A stretch of 64,000 bases of DNA from Octopus sinensis (lineage: Eukaryota): positions 5,270,001 through 5,334,000 of the forward strand of contig NC_043003.1 in NCBI RefSeq assembly GCF_006345805.1. The letters run 5' to 3'. The position numbers and the translations under genes were made by a program. Within the stretch, counting starts at the first letter, position 1; every line of letters begins with the position of its first letter. Below are positions 40,852-54,540 of this stretch, one piece after another. Under the pieces are notes generated by a model. It had not been told where the DNA came from, made no database searches, and saw nothing but the letters and a program-made list of their open reading frames with translations.

Positions 40852-41146
40852 TGCAACAGCCTGGGTTTCAAGGGCCCACAGCTTTTTAATATCCTCCCAA
40901 AGAGTCTGAGCAATTTGCACAAAGTAGATATAGGGGCTTTTAAATCAAAGCTGGACCTCTTCCTGTCGAGAGTCCCGGATGAGCCTACCTCACGGCAAGG
41001 GGTGCAAATGAGGGTAACTATATCAAACTCCATTCTTCACCAAGTGCCACATATTCGAGGAAGGCTCTTAGTAATAACAGTGTAGCACAAAACGGCGGTG
41101 CATCAGCATGGCCACAGCTCTGAGCTGAAACTAGAGAGGAAAAAAA
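40852..41146 (+). mobile_element. CR1/L2-group LINE 3' end (ORF2 C-terminus plus tail)
   Basis: Open frame 40852-41085 CNSLGFKGPQLFNILPKSL...FKSKLDLFLSRVPDEP...SNSILHQ...*; tail homologous to the SINE S1 tail. Confidence 0.75.
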
Positions 41147-41204
41147 ATACATGTACGCAGATGTGTATGTGTAAGCATATTAAGTACAGTGTATGTTTGA
41201 ATGT

Positions 41205-41246
<42 letters not shown>

Positions 41247-41254
41247 TTTTTTTT

Positions 41255-41593
41255 CTTTTATTTGTTTCAGTCATTTGAATGCAGCCATGGTGGAGCACCG
41301 CCTTTAGTCGAGCAAATCGTCCTCAGGACGTATTCTATCCGTCACTTTTCTGGAGCCGTTAGGTTACGTGGACGTAAACACACCAGCCTCGGTTGTCAAG
41401 CGATGTTGGTGGTACAATCTCAGACACACAAACATACACATATGTATATACGACGGGCTACCAAATCCACTAACAAGGCCTTGATCGGTTCGAGGCTATA
41501 CGAGAAGACGCTTGCCCAAATTGTCACGCAATGATACTGAACCCAGAACTATGTGGTTGGTAAGCAAGCTACTCACCACACAGCCACTCCTGC
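41255..41593 (-). mobile_element. SINE S1
   Basis: Reverse complement of the S1 head and tail, with deletions. Confidence 0.85.
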
Positions 41594-41996
41594 GCCTACA
41601 CATATATTTAAAGATACACACACAACACACACACACACATATATGTATATATATATAATTTTTAAAATTAAAATTTCAATGTATTCAATATATATTTCAA
41701 ATGTAATAGGCCGGACTCCATGCACGCGATATTTTGGTGTCGTGTTGGCATTTAGTCCAGCAAATTACATTTTATATGGGACCATGCTGACGATGCTGCA
41801 CTTTTCCTTGCCGAAAATAACAGCTGAAACTAAATTTAGTACATGGGTAAGTATTTATTTCGTATATTTTTCACTTGTTTTTTGCTTTGGTTTTGTTGAG
41901 TTTGATCTGAGAACATAAACTTTTTTGTGGAGAATGGCGATTTGACGTCTATATCTAGCATGTTGACTGTCCACTTTTCGTGTGCAGTCCTTAATT

Positions 41997-42031
<35 letters not shown>

Positions 42032-42077
42032 CTATATTAATTCACCCCCCCCCCAAAAAAAAAAACACACACCCACA

Positions 42078-42330
42078 CGCACGTGGTTTAGTTATTGTGA
42101 CGTCGGATTCACAATCGTAAGATGTTAGTTTCGATTCCTGGACCGAGGGATGCCGTGTGTTCTTGAGCAAAAATCTTCGTTTGATGTTACTCCAATCAAC
42201 TCAGCTGGTATATATTAGTTATCCGGTGACTGACATTATACCCCGTACAAGAGGTGAAGAATAATATATGCCACAGAATCCGGGAAACCAGATTCATGTT
42301 CTTACGGCTCGAGAAAAACCTGCCTCATTT
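42078..42330 (+). mobile_element. Diverged SINE, head B plus another tail
   Basis: cacgtggtttagtt...gtttcgattcctggacc...gtgttcttgagcaaaa...actcagctgg. Confidence 0.6.
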
Positions 42331-43382
42331 ATTATATATGCATGTATATGTATGTGTGTATATTGTGAGTGTGTGTGTATGTGTGTGTGTATGTATGTAC
42401 GCACACAGAAATCAATGTCTCTTGAAGTAATGTTCTTTTGTCTTCTTCATCGCAACCGCAATGGCCTCTTAAACTCTTAGTTTGTAGGATTTGTATCTCA
42501 TTCACTCAGACATTCCAAACCAAATTCTCTATCCATTTCACAGCACACTTGATGCCAACAAACGACTTCTCCATCCACATTAACCACAGTCTTTCCGTAT
42601 GCAGAACACCTGTCTGATAGAATCTTCTCCCTCTAACAAGGCCTTTAAACGGCAACATTCTCACTTGTCTTGTGGGGTCAGTAGATTATAAACGTAAATG
42701 CATACACACTCATGCATTCATACACACACACAAATACACATATTAAGAGGAAGATATACAGATATGTATATATGTGTGTGTGTGTTTGTGAGTGTATCTT
42801 TGTACGTATAAACACAAAATGGAAAACAGTAAAGTGTATATATAAATAAAGATTATTTCTTCAAACTCGTGAAGGAAAACTAAATAATCTCAAAATGAAA
42901 GAGGAAAAAACAAAAAAACTGACGTCGGCGAATATAATAAATAAATATATTCAATAAATTCCGAGCTGAAACACAACTAATCATATATTACAAAGTGTGA
43001 GAAATCTCCTGATTATTTTTGAATTCAATACATATATTTATACATAAACATTTACATACAAACCTCCGCCATATATGCGCACATATACGTTGGTATTTGT
43101 GTTCTTATAAATACGCATTCCTATATATATGTATTTGTATGTGTGTGTGTATAAGTGTACACACACACAATATATATATATATATCAAACTACTTTTTCT
43201 ATAAGAGTGAACTTTAGATATCCCTGTCTCTATACACTAAGAAGCACATATGCATACACATACAGACACAGACACACGCACACACACACGTATACATATG
43301 GGTGTGTATGTATGTACGTACTAGTATTTATCTGTAATTCTATGTATGTATATATATTCATATATGTATGTATACACACACA

Positions 43383-43435
<53 letters not shown>

Positions 43436-44153
43436 GAATGTGGATGTGTAATTTTATCATAAAATCTGAGAATGTAATCTCTGTCTGTACAGGTGTGTGA
43501 CTTATTCAAATTTTAAACACCCATTTGTACGAGTTTTCGGATAGAAATATATATTGAGCACATATTTGTACTTTATATGCACACCCACACACACATATAT
43601 ATATATGTGTATAGACAGAGATACCTATATACATACATGCATATATATATACATAGATTTTGTTTAAAAAAATATACGTGTGTACAATTCACATCGAATG
43701 TTTAGTAAACAACTGTGTGTGTGTGTGTATACAAGAGTTGAAATGTCTATTTGTTTATATGTGTTTATGTATATTTGCTTATTTGCGAATGTGTAATTTG
43801 TTGTCTGATACTAATTTACTATGACGAGGCCTGCCTTTCAATACCAATATTACTGTCTTCGACTATTTTATTGTCTCAACATTACTGCAAACTCTGATGT
43901 TGCTATTCAAAGGAAATACCATCGTCTGCCTAGGCATGCCAACGTACATCATATATATATATACACACACACACACACGGAAGAGGACGTCACCAACAGT
44001 AAACAGCATGAAATGAGGAAAAAGATGAGTTAAATACGCAAACAACGAAAAGAAAAGTGGAAAATAGGACAAGTGAAACAAAGAACGACTCACGATTTTC
44101 CCTTTGTCTCTTTAGTTTATTCTCTGAAAAGAAAACGACTGTCCCCATATACC

Positions 44154-44188
<35 letters not shown>

Positions 44189-44207
44189 ATATATATATAT
44201 ATATATA

Positions 44208-44520
44208 AAATATTAGGGAATAAATCCAAACTTACAGGGAAAAATCAGATTTAGGATTGAATCCAATTTTATAGTAAATAAAATATATATATAAATTAGA
44301 GATAAAACCACTATTAGGCAAATCATACAATGAAAAACTTAAGCCAATACATAAGATTAATTAATTTATATTATTTTAAATATATATCAAAATTATTAAA
44401 AAAAGATAATTAATATTACACTACGATCGTTTCATGGCTGTCCAATTCGTAAAAATTCGAGTTACAGTCATTCTTCAGGTGACTGAAATATTTAACTTGG
44501 CGAGGTTTAATCAATATTTG
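44208..44520 (-). mobile_element. Family A mini-element with hammerhead
   Basis: 3' end abuts (TA)n; tattagg.a.t.aatccaaa.ttacagggaaaa.tcagatttagg matches 30195-30260. Confidence 0.8.
44419..44481 (-). ncRNA. Type I hammerhead ribozyme, canonical core
   Basis: cac CTGAAGA atgactgt-(loop)-acagccat GAAAC GATC GTA gtg: stem II 7/8 bp, palindromic stem III. Confidence 0.8.
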
Positions 44521-44594
44521 TCTCAATACATCATTTCACAACCCGGGAAACTTGCAAAGCAAATACATAAACACATATGTGTATGTCTATATAT

Positions 44595-44764
44595 TTTATT
44601 CTCCCTCTTTTTCTATTCACTCTGTTTATTTCCTCCTGTTCCTTTATATCGAAGAGCGTAGGCTCGAAACGTCAAAGACTTTCTCACCTTCCCGAGCGAT
44701 AAACTAATACATCTATATAGTTTATACCCCTGTTTTCGTCTTTTGTTTTTCTGTAAATTTCAAC
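44595..44764 (+). mobile_element. Family B mini-element with degenerate hammerhead (44642-44677)
   Basis: cttt atatcga a gagc-gtag-gctc GAAAC GTC aaag; tail ends tttcaac(TA)n. Confidence 0.65.
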
Positions 44765-44823
44765 TATATATATGATGTTTTAGTTGTTTCAGCCGTTTGA
44801 CTGCGTCCAAGCTGGAGCACAGC

Positions 44824-44868
<45 letters not shown>

Positions 44869-44869
<1 letters not shown>

Positions 44870-45185
44870 ACTCCGTAGCTTACGACGTCGAATGTTCCAG
44901 TTGATTCAATCAAAGGAACACCGAGCTCGTGAAATTAACTTGCATGTGGCTGAGTAGTCTACAGACAGGCGTACCCTTAATGTAGTTCTCAGGGAGATCA
45001 ACGTGACACAGAGGGTGACAAGATTGGCCTCGTTGAATCACAGGTACAACTCATTTTTGTCAGATGAGTGGACTGGAGCAACGGGAAATAAGGTGTCTTG
45101 CTCAAGGACACAACAGTTCGCCGGGAATCGAACTCACGACTTTACTATAGTGAGCCGAATACCTTTACCACTAAACCAGGTTCCA
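44869..45185 (-). mobile_element. SINE, head B plus tail X, diverged
   Basis: Colinear with 7085-7408. Confidence 0.8.
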
Positions 45186-45869
45186 CACACACACACACAT
45201 GTATACATACATATATATGTCTATGTTCACTTGTGTTAACAAACACGTACTGTGCGTATCTACGTGTGTGCACATTGATATACAAACTATGCAATATCTA
45301 TAATATATATATGGTTTATTTGCCTATATGTTTGTGTATGTGTATGTAGCACCACTCGTATAGTTATACTTACGATGATTAATGATTGAGTATCAGAGAG
45401 TATCCAATGTTAGTCGTTTGTCTGAAGCGATTCGCAATTTCTGAAGTTAATGAACAACGAGAGTAACCTGGAGCTATGCCACACTTCTTCAGACTGTCTA
45501 CAATCTATAAACATTTTTTTTCTGGCCATTCTAATGTATGGTATCATGAGGTGAGGAAAAGGTAGAAGGCTTCTACAACTGTGCACCGTTTGGATGAGTT
45601 GCTTTGTTATTATATTTTCACTACCTTGTCGTGATTAATAAATCATAACATTCGACGTATGTTATACACTCACCAAACATTAGAATAAATGTCAAATATT
45701 ATTCTGCAACATTGTGGAGAGAATGGTTTAGAGTCTATCAGATGATAACAGAGAATTTTCATCTTTAAACAATCCTACGGGGTAATTTGTACTTTAAGCG
45801 CAATCACAATTAATTTATGATATTTTTTCTCTCTTCAATTGTTGGTGAAATTCATAGTCAGAGATACTA

Positions 45870-45974
45870 TGTACACGTGTGTGTGTGTGTGTGTGTGTGT
45901 ATATAATTATATATGTAATTATAAATTTATTCTTACGTATTCATATTTGAATATATGTATGTGTGTGTGTATAT

Positions 45975-46016
<42 letters not shown>

Positions 46017-46394
46017 ATATACATATATATATATACATATATATACACATATATATATATATACATATATACACATATATATATACACATATATACATAC
46101 ACACATATATACATATATATATACACATATATACATACACATATATATACATATATATATACACATATATATATACACATATACATATATATTTACATAT
46201 ATATATATACATATCTATACATATATATACACATATGTATACATATATATACACATATGTATACATATATATACACATATGTATACATATATATACATAT
46301 GTATACACATATGTATACATATATATACACATATATATATATATATATATATTATATACACATATATATACATATATATATATATATATAATAT

Positions 46395-46438
<44 letters not shown>

Positions 46439-46480
46439 TATACATATATACATATGTATACATATATACATATATATACT
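45870..46480. repeat. Long degenerate (TA)n/(TACA)n microsatellite
   Basis: Directly visible. Confidence 0.95.
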
Positions 46481-46751
46481 AATTGCTAAATTTTTCTTGA
46501 GAACATTTCTTAGTGGTAAGACCATGGCGGATCTATTTCTAGCATAAGGGTGTCCAAATACTGGTTTCTCTCTAATATATATATATATAACAACAGCTTT
46601 CTACAATACCTTAACGATTGTTCGATGATGAGGTATGTTTAATAACGACGTACACGTAGTCAGTCAAGAATTAGCAATCTTGCTAATTGGTAGGCTATAA
46701 TTAGTTGAGATATTGTCAACGTTGTCCTAGTAATGAAGTGTCGGTTCACAT

Positions 46752-46859
46752 ATTGCATGCAACAGACCGGATGTTGTAGTCGCCGACAAGGAAAAAGAAC
46801 TGTGTATTGTAATCAACGTGGCATGCTTATTTGACATCAGAGTAAAATCTAGTTACTAA
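46752..46859 (+). pseudogene. Fragment of a restriction-like endonuclease (RLE) domain of an R4/NeSL-type LINE
   Basis: IACNRPDVVVADKEKELCIVINVACLFD matches the N-R-P-D-x11-13-D-V-A pattern, with the second D read as N. Confidence 0.55.
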
Positions 46860-49613
46860 AATACACAGGAGGACGACATTGTTAAGGCTAGCACGCCTAA
46901 TAAACCTGCCTTTTCAGAGCTAACCTTGAGCTAAACAACAACAGAAGCAGCAGTAGCGACGGTAGTGGTAATAATGAATCCGAAATAACTATAACGTTGT
47001 GTGTGTTCCAGAAAAGTACCACGATTGTAACCCGTTGCGTTTGTTATTATAAGTGTGTTAAGATATATTTTATTTCAATACCTAAAGATAAACGTTATAC
47101 TTTCACCGCCATTTTCTCTCTGCTACTAATACAGCGTTTAGCTGCGGATTTAAATTCTTGTTCAAAATGTTAACTGAAAATGTTTAATCAATTTAGTCAT
47201 CTTTAAACTATTAACTTTTAGTTTTCGAAGATTGGAATGTTTTTGTTGATTTGTTCTCTTATTTTATTCCGCTTCATTTGGTATTGTTTTTATGTTTTAT
47301 TCCACTGGAAATCTTGTGAATAAAATAATATGTTCAGAAATTTGATGGTTTAAAAAGGAAATTAAAGATTAAAGCCTGAATTCAATAAAATTTACGCATT
47401 TGTTATTCATTGCGTCATTGAAAATAATGAGAGAAAAAAAAGGAGTTGAAAAGATGTGTAATTTTGCTCTGGTGAAACCAGGTTATATGAAGACAATAAC
47501 ATTTTAAACAGCTAATGACCTGTGTTGTCTGTCGCCATTATCCCAGGAAAGTGACGTTAAAATAATGTGTTTACAATAATGAAGTGATTATACTGTGACT
47601 TAATGCAAATTCCCACTGATAAAACTAATTAGATTGTCGAAAATGAAATAGGAATAATTCTGCAGCAGAAAGAAAATGAAAACAAGAATCTTATACATGC
47701 GAATTTATATCTTTTCACTAAGATTTTGTCCGACAAAAATCTGATGCGTCATAATAATATTTGTACTGTAAATAATTGTAAAAATATCAATTTGTTGCAA
47801 TATTTATCACATTTGGTGATATCATGATCGACGGCTGCCCTCTAAACCCACTAAAATGGTCCGAGCGAAACGATTGCTTAATTGGAATATTTGAACCAAC
47901 CCAAGTGCAATTTCTCGTCGTAATAAAATCTCTTGAGCTCTGACTTGAAATTCATGAATATTTTTTTAACAAAATCGTTGATTTTAATTTAAGATGATAT
48001 GTAAATTTCAAATTAAGTTTAAGGACAATACATCATGTTTCCATTCATAAATACCTTACATTAACCCTAGATATGGCGGTTCTGAGACCTATTGCAATGG
48101 TAAGTCTCAGAGTGTTACCCAACAACGCCACCACATTCAGTAAACATATTTTGAATTCCACATGTCTAACAACCGTGGACATGCTTACAAAATCAAAAAC
48201 AACACAGAAACCTTGACTTTCGGTAACATTTTTGTATGTTCAAATTTGGCCTACAATAATCGGTTTACATTTGATGATCCGTGTAGTCTTTATTTTAATG
48301 TGGTTTGAAGTTAAATCTGTTTTCGCGAGGTTCACATTACCAATGTTTGCATATACCGAAACAGTTCTCGCTCAGATTATACACATAATGTTATTTAACT
48401 CTTTAAGATAATAATCCTACCATATGCTGAGAATATGGCCACATGTGGAACGGTGGGGACAAATGGTGGAGACCTATACTTTTAATTAAAAGGAATTTAT
48501 CCATTTTTCAGGGTAGTTATATTTTAACTAAAAGATAATGTTATTGCAAAGTTCGCATAAAGAATACTCTTTTACTTGTTTCAGGCTTTTGACTATGGCC
48601 ATGTTGTGATTAAATTTGAAACTGTTCTCAATTTTATTTCTTAAGATATATGAAACCTAACTCCAGATGTGCCCCTCTCGTATGACAATGGAGTCTGTGT
48701 CTTGGGTGGGATGTGACATATTTGTTAACGTTACAGTATGTCATGTTTAGATACTTATATAGAAATATTCGTAATGTAACACCTTCATATAAATCTTAAT
48801 TAGATGAGACCGAATATTGAAGTGATCACTACGGTCACTATGTATGTATCGATCTTAAACCTTCATACATCAAAGAAAGTAGCAGAAGATCTCTTCATGT
48901 CACGAATACATTAAACCACCAACTGACAATTTAGCACCATAAATAATATTATCAAAACTCATAAATAACATTATCAATTTCATTTGATGTCCCAACTGAC
49001 CAGCGCCTTTATACGTTCCACTTGGCATGTTATAGTTAAACATCAACATTATCAATGTGTTTTATGGGTTCTCGGGGTTTGCAGTGGAGAGGCCCGGTGA
49101 ATTCGCAGTTAGCTCTTTGCATAACGGACTCTTTAAATGTAGAAAAATGTTCAGAATTTGTCAGTGAGGTGTGGAATCTCAAAGAAAACTCTACTATTAA
49201 ACATGTTTTTAAAATCTACTAAACTTCTGCGTAATTTTCGGTTCGTTATTAAACTATTTCCTCAAACGAAACATGGAAAACTATTAAACAATGACTGAAT
49301 GTTGGTTTATTATAATTTTATTATAAAGTTATCATAATTTGGTTTGTTTGAGAGGTCGGTGCTTCTGAGAAATATTAATCATGGATTCGTCCACAAAGAA
49401 AGCGATCTGTAATTAATATACGTTTGTTTATAGTCATAAGATGAAGTGTAATTTGGCACAGAAACCAGCGGCCTTAGAATAAAACCTTTCTGCCATGCAT
49501 TTACGGAAAACGCATCTACATACGTACGCATACGCATACATATACGTACACATACACACATATGCCCATATACATACGGATAGAATATATCTGTATATAC
49601 GTATAAGTATACA

Positions 49614-49652
<39 letters not shown>

Positions 49653-50039
49653 GGATGCATACATACATACATAGATGCATGCATGCATACATACATGCCT
49701 AAATACCAATCTTGAGAAACAAAGCTTCTCCAAATAAGAAAGGAAAAAAAAACTAATTCGAAGATTGCAGATCAAATCCTTCATTGGAACTGTAAAAATC
49801 TGCAAAACTTTCCAGAATTTTATCATTTAAATATATATGTGCATGTCTAGATATGCAACTATATCCATGAGAATACATACATAAGACAAAACATACAAAT
49901 CTGCACATACAGAAACATACATACATACACACACGTATATATACAATCTTTTCCCCTCTACACATTCTGATCGAATCCTGCGTGTGTTAACGTGGGCCTT
50001 CTAACGACAATGTAAACTTTCATTTAATCAAGATGTCCA

Positions 50040-50126
50040 TGGCCTGAAGAGTAGCCTGTGGTATACATCTTGCTTGGATATTTACCACTTCCGAGAGGTT
50101 CCCCGCGCTATGAACATAAGTAGCTA
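50040..50126 (+). ncRNA. Candidate hammerhead with a long stem II insertion
   Basis: tggc CTGAAGA gtagc [51 nt] gctat GAAC ataa GTA gcta; one A short in GAAA; a pyrimidine-rich tail leads into (TA)n. Confidence 0.4.
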
Positions 50127-50943
50127 GGACCTTATCTACTCCATTCCTTCACTCTTGTGTATATGTGTGAGTATATATATAAATATATATAATAAATGCC
50201 AAAATGAATTTCCGTGTGTCAGTATGTCACACTTTGACCCCTCTCTCACTAATCAATGACACTTCTACTATTCCTCCTGCTGGTGCGAGAGTAATATTGT
50301 AGGCATAGACACGGTAGTAGATTGATGATTGTGATGGTAATGGTAATGGGGTGATAGTAATAGTGTGAGCTGTAGTTGTGATAGAGGTGGAGGCGACGGT
50401 GATGATGATGTTGGTAGTAGCTGAGGCGGTCAAGCATGACGGTGATAGTAAGAAATGTGAAAGACAGTGGTGGAGGGGAAGGTGTCTAAATCTAAGGGGT
50501 ATTGATGTTGGTGGTGTCAGAAGTCTGAATGGTGTGTGTATGGCAGTTGTGGTGGCGATGGTGATAATTGAAAACAATCAACAGAAAGAGAGAGAAAGAA
50601 AGAGATTAGACAGAAAAATTAGTTGTACTGACCCTCGAATATGAAGGCAAAAAACTTGTTTATCATGCAGCTTTGCAATAAGTTCCAAGTCGACAAATTA
50701 TATCACGGCTTTGGTGAAAAATTTTCATTGCTTGAAAAATATCGGCCAAGTCTAATAAAATTGAATATTTACTCAATGCATGAAGTGTCCTTATTGGGCA
50801 CAAGGCACAAGGAAGAGCCCTCCACAGGAGCCAGCTTAAGAACCGCCCAATGGGGTAGCTTTTAAGTAAGTATACATATCTATTCTTTTATTCGTTACAG
50901 TCATGCAGTTGCGGTCATGCTGGAGCACATCCTTTTATATATA

Positions 50944-50986
<43 letters not shown>

Positions 50987-51129
50987 ATATATAGAGAGAG
51001 AGAGGAGAGAGAGAGAGAGACACACACACACACACACACTATATATATATATATATATGTATATGTGTGCGTATGTGTGTATATATACTCGCACACACAT
51101 ACACACACATATCTATATAGATATAGGAT

Positions 51130-51148
51130 CAAAAATAGATAGATACGC

Positions 51149-51219
<71 letters not shown>

Positions 51220-51238
51220 CAGGTAGATAGATAGATAT

Positions 51239-51334
<96 letters not shown>

Positions 51335-51335
51335 G

Positions 51336-51382
<47 letters not shown>

Positions 51383-51430
51383 GTAGACAGGTAGATAGGT
51401 AGGCAGGTAGATAGGTAGATAGACAGACAG
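51130..51430. repeat. (TAGA)n tetranucleotide microsatellite
   Basis: Directly visible. Confidence 0.95.
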
Positions 51431-51454
51431 AAGTGCAGCTGATGAGATTTCTGT

Positions 51455-51636
51455 TAAGTGAATTTTTCCTGGAGCTGTCTTGCTTAGAATAACACGCCAA
51501 TTATTCCTCCAGAGGCGCGAAACACACAATGAGATTCCCCTAACACTTTCTCTCAGATGATTTGGAGGTGGTTAAGCAGAATTCTGGCAAAAATTTTCTC
51601 TAGGGCAGAGAGGAAGACAGAACATGATAGCATATG
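51455..51636 (-). pseudogene. RTE-clade reverse transcriptase fragment, degenerate
   Basis: LSALEKIFARILLNHLQII*EKVLGESHCVFRA...F*ARQLQEK resembles GKILARILLNRL...LPESQCGFR...ARQLQEK. Confidence 0.7.
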
Positions 51637-52468
51637 TGCACGCCTTTTCGTGATATATCTTTCAAAACCACACGCAGGCTCACACACACACACACACAAA
51701 TACAACACACGCACATACATATTTATATACATGCATATATAAATATATATACATTTACATATATATATATATATGTATGTATATATATATAAATGCAACG
51801 CAATAGACTGCGCGTAAAAAATCCGATGTGTAAACATTGAATTCACACATTCAGTTGACGCCTCGGTATGTGTAACAACAAGAATTCACACACAAATTCG
51901 AATAACGGGAGTTTCCATTTTCTTTTGTTTTCTACATGTACTGCAAGGAAACTTCTTCAGCAATTAATATCTCGGGAGAAGGTTATAATTTGCAAAGAAA
52001 TAATAACTTAAAACCAAAGCAAAGAAATTTCACTCTACACTTTAAGTAGTGTGGCTTAGTTCATATCAAACATGGAATGAATAAATGTACTTTATAATTC
52101 AGATCATTTCCTTTGTTGATAATTGTAAGTTGCTTCATGAAACCTATTCGTGGGTGTTTAACGGCGCAGCTATTTTGGCGTGGAACCATATTCTGAATAC
52201 GATGACAGTTGCTTAGTCGAGGATGTTCAGTCTTTAAGGGCAAGATCTCCCAAGAAGTTTCATTTCTGAATTCGAGTCATTTTCAATTGCAAAAACAACT
52301 AGTTACTCTAAGAACAACCATAACGAAACGGGGCTACTCACAAACTTAATAGTGTTATTGTATACATTTGTACTTTGTACGTGTATCTCGAATCTAAATT
52401 TTAGAGTATATATATATGGAGTATGTGTATGTATATATATATATACATACATGTATAGAGTATATATA

Positions 52469-52660
52469 GGGAGAGTTTACGAAAAAAAAAGACGAAGACA
52501 GGTGGTGTACAAAACAAACAGATGTATTAGTATAACGCTCAGGAATAGAAAAAGTATTTTACGTTTCGTGCCTACGCTCTTCTACAGAAAGGGACACAAA
52601 AAAACAAGGAGAGAAACAAGGAGAGAAAAAATGTGTGCAGTGGCGAACGATCTATCATCG
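52469..52660 (-). mobile_element. Family B mini-element with hammerhead (52557-52590), U6 core variant
   Basis: ttt CTGTAGA a gagc-gtag-gcac GAAAC GTA aaa; tail (cctgagcgttatactaatacatct...) matches 44690-44764; (TA)n-flanked. Confidence 0.7.
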
Positions 52661-52669
52661 TGATACAGA

Positions 52670-52714
<45 letters not shown>

Positions 52715-52884
52715 GATATGTATATGTGTGTCTGTGTGCGTGCGTGCGTAGGACGGGCTTTCTCACAGTCTATGTCTACCAAATTCACTCTCAGGGTCTG
52801 CAAGGACTATAGTAGCATAAACGTGCTCGAAGAGCCGCCTAGTGGAAGTGAAGTCAACGTTATTACATGGTGAACTCTCACCCC

Positions 52885-54540
52885 GATCCGCATTTATTGC
52901 AATGAGAATCAAGACACAATGCTTTTAATAACAATTTACCTGTAAGACTAATAAAACCTTCTAAATCCAGCCCGGTTATTATTAGACAGAAATCATCGAT
53001 TCACATACAAAAACATACATGGTTTTATATCTGTCGAGAATTACGCTTGGTGTAATAAAATGGTTCCAAGAGAATTCTGATAAAAATAGGTGTCACATCT
53101 TCCAGTTTGACATTTAGTACTATTATACAACAATATCAAAGCGAATATTTATTGCAGGTTTGAACTTTGTCAAATCAATTACAACAATCAATGAAACAGA
53201 TATTATATCACTATGAGAGAGAAAATCTCTTTTATTCCATAACAATACACAATGGATAAAGAAAAACACTAAGGAAGCATTTGATGTGAGCACGGGATCA
53301 CAATCTCTGCAGAGGTCAATATTGTCGGGCTTTATATAAGCGATACACACTAAATTCCATTTTGTTTCAAGTGGCCTTTATAGAGATGAGAGCTTACTGT
53401 TCCTCAGAAATATCAAAACGCTGCAATCAGACAGTTGTAGGAAAAATTACATCTCTTCATTTAAAACATAGCATTCTCTTTTACAGTTACTTTCTTTGAC
53501 GTGAAATTAAACTTAGAACTTTCAATTCCAAACCTCATAAAAGCCAAAAACAAAAATCCAGTATATTCGCATCCGATGTAAACATCCTCAAATTATAACT
53601 AAAAACGTTGTTAAAAGCATTTCAATACGAGTTTTTTAAACATCTAAAAGGTCTCTGTATTCAACGAAATAGCAGCTTCGTTTTACGAAGTACTTCAAAA
53701 CATCGGTTGGTGAGGAAGGGCCAATACAACACCACAACAACAATAAACAGCAAACACAAAATAGACACAAAAACATTATCTGGTTCAATCCACTCTCTGT
53801 AATCTATGTCTTCGCGACAATATACAGCGTATTGATCGAATGAAACAAACACAAGCTAAATAAATCTAAGACATCATAGGACAGAAGAAACTGAAATAAG
53901 GAAAGCCAAAGATGAGTAACAAATTTCTCTCTTCCTCACAAATCCCTGCTGATCTACGTAAGTAAAGGGCAAACTTCTCTTACATTGGATATCTCGCTCT
54001 AGAAACAAACTTTCAAGAAGAAAAACACAATTGTCCAAGTCAGTCACATACATTTACATCATTATAGTAGACCACCAAAAATCCAAATACAAGGTATATT
54101 AAACAAATCTAATATGATTTTAGCCGACGATAATCGCTCACACTACACTCTCAATCTATGAATTGCCAATGGATAACCCATACGTCCTGCCATTTCGAGA
54201 GGAGCTGCCTCGTTAGTACAACAGTAATCAGCAACATAATAGCAACATCTATAGCTACATATGCAGGTGTAACTACAAAACAGTTCAAATGAAATTACTA
54301 TCAACACTCGAACACATTTCGGAAACCAAAGAGGAGACAATGATTCAAAACATCGCATAAAGCATTAATTGGCTAACGTGAAAATCGGTGAAGTGATACA
54401 AGTCAAACACCAAACCTTGCAAACGCCCTATCGCTAAAGCAGCCCCTAAATTCTCATTTATAAAGTTAAACTACTCAATTGCTGCTCAGAAATAGTTTTT
54501 TCTTGACAACAACAACAAAATTTAAATTACGTAATGTAAA
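52885..54540 (+). mobile_element. Old Penelope-like element relic (RT plus GIY-YIG), Naiad-like
   Basis: Fragmented motifs RLIKPSKS, VIKWFQ...IFQFDI, RKSLLFHNNTQWIKK, FDVSTGS, GLYRDESL (53373-53396), KNIIWFNP, TYAGVTTKQFK*NYYQH; clade assignment is inference. Confidence 0.75.
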
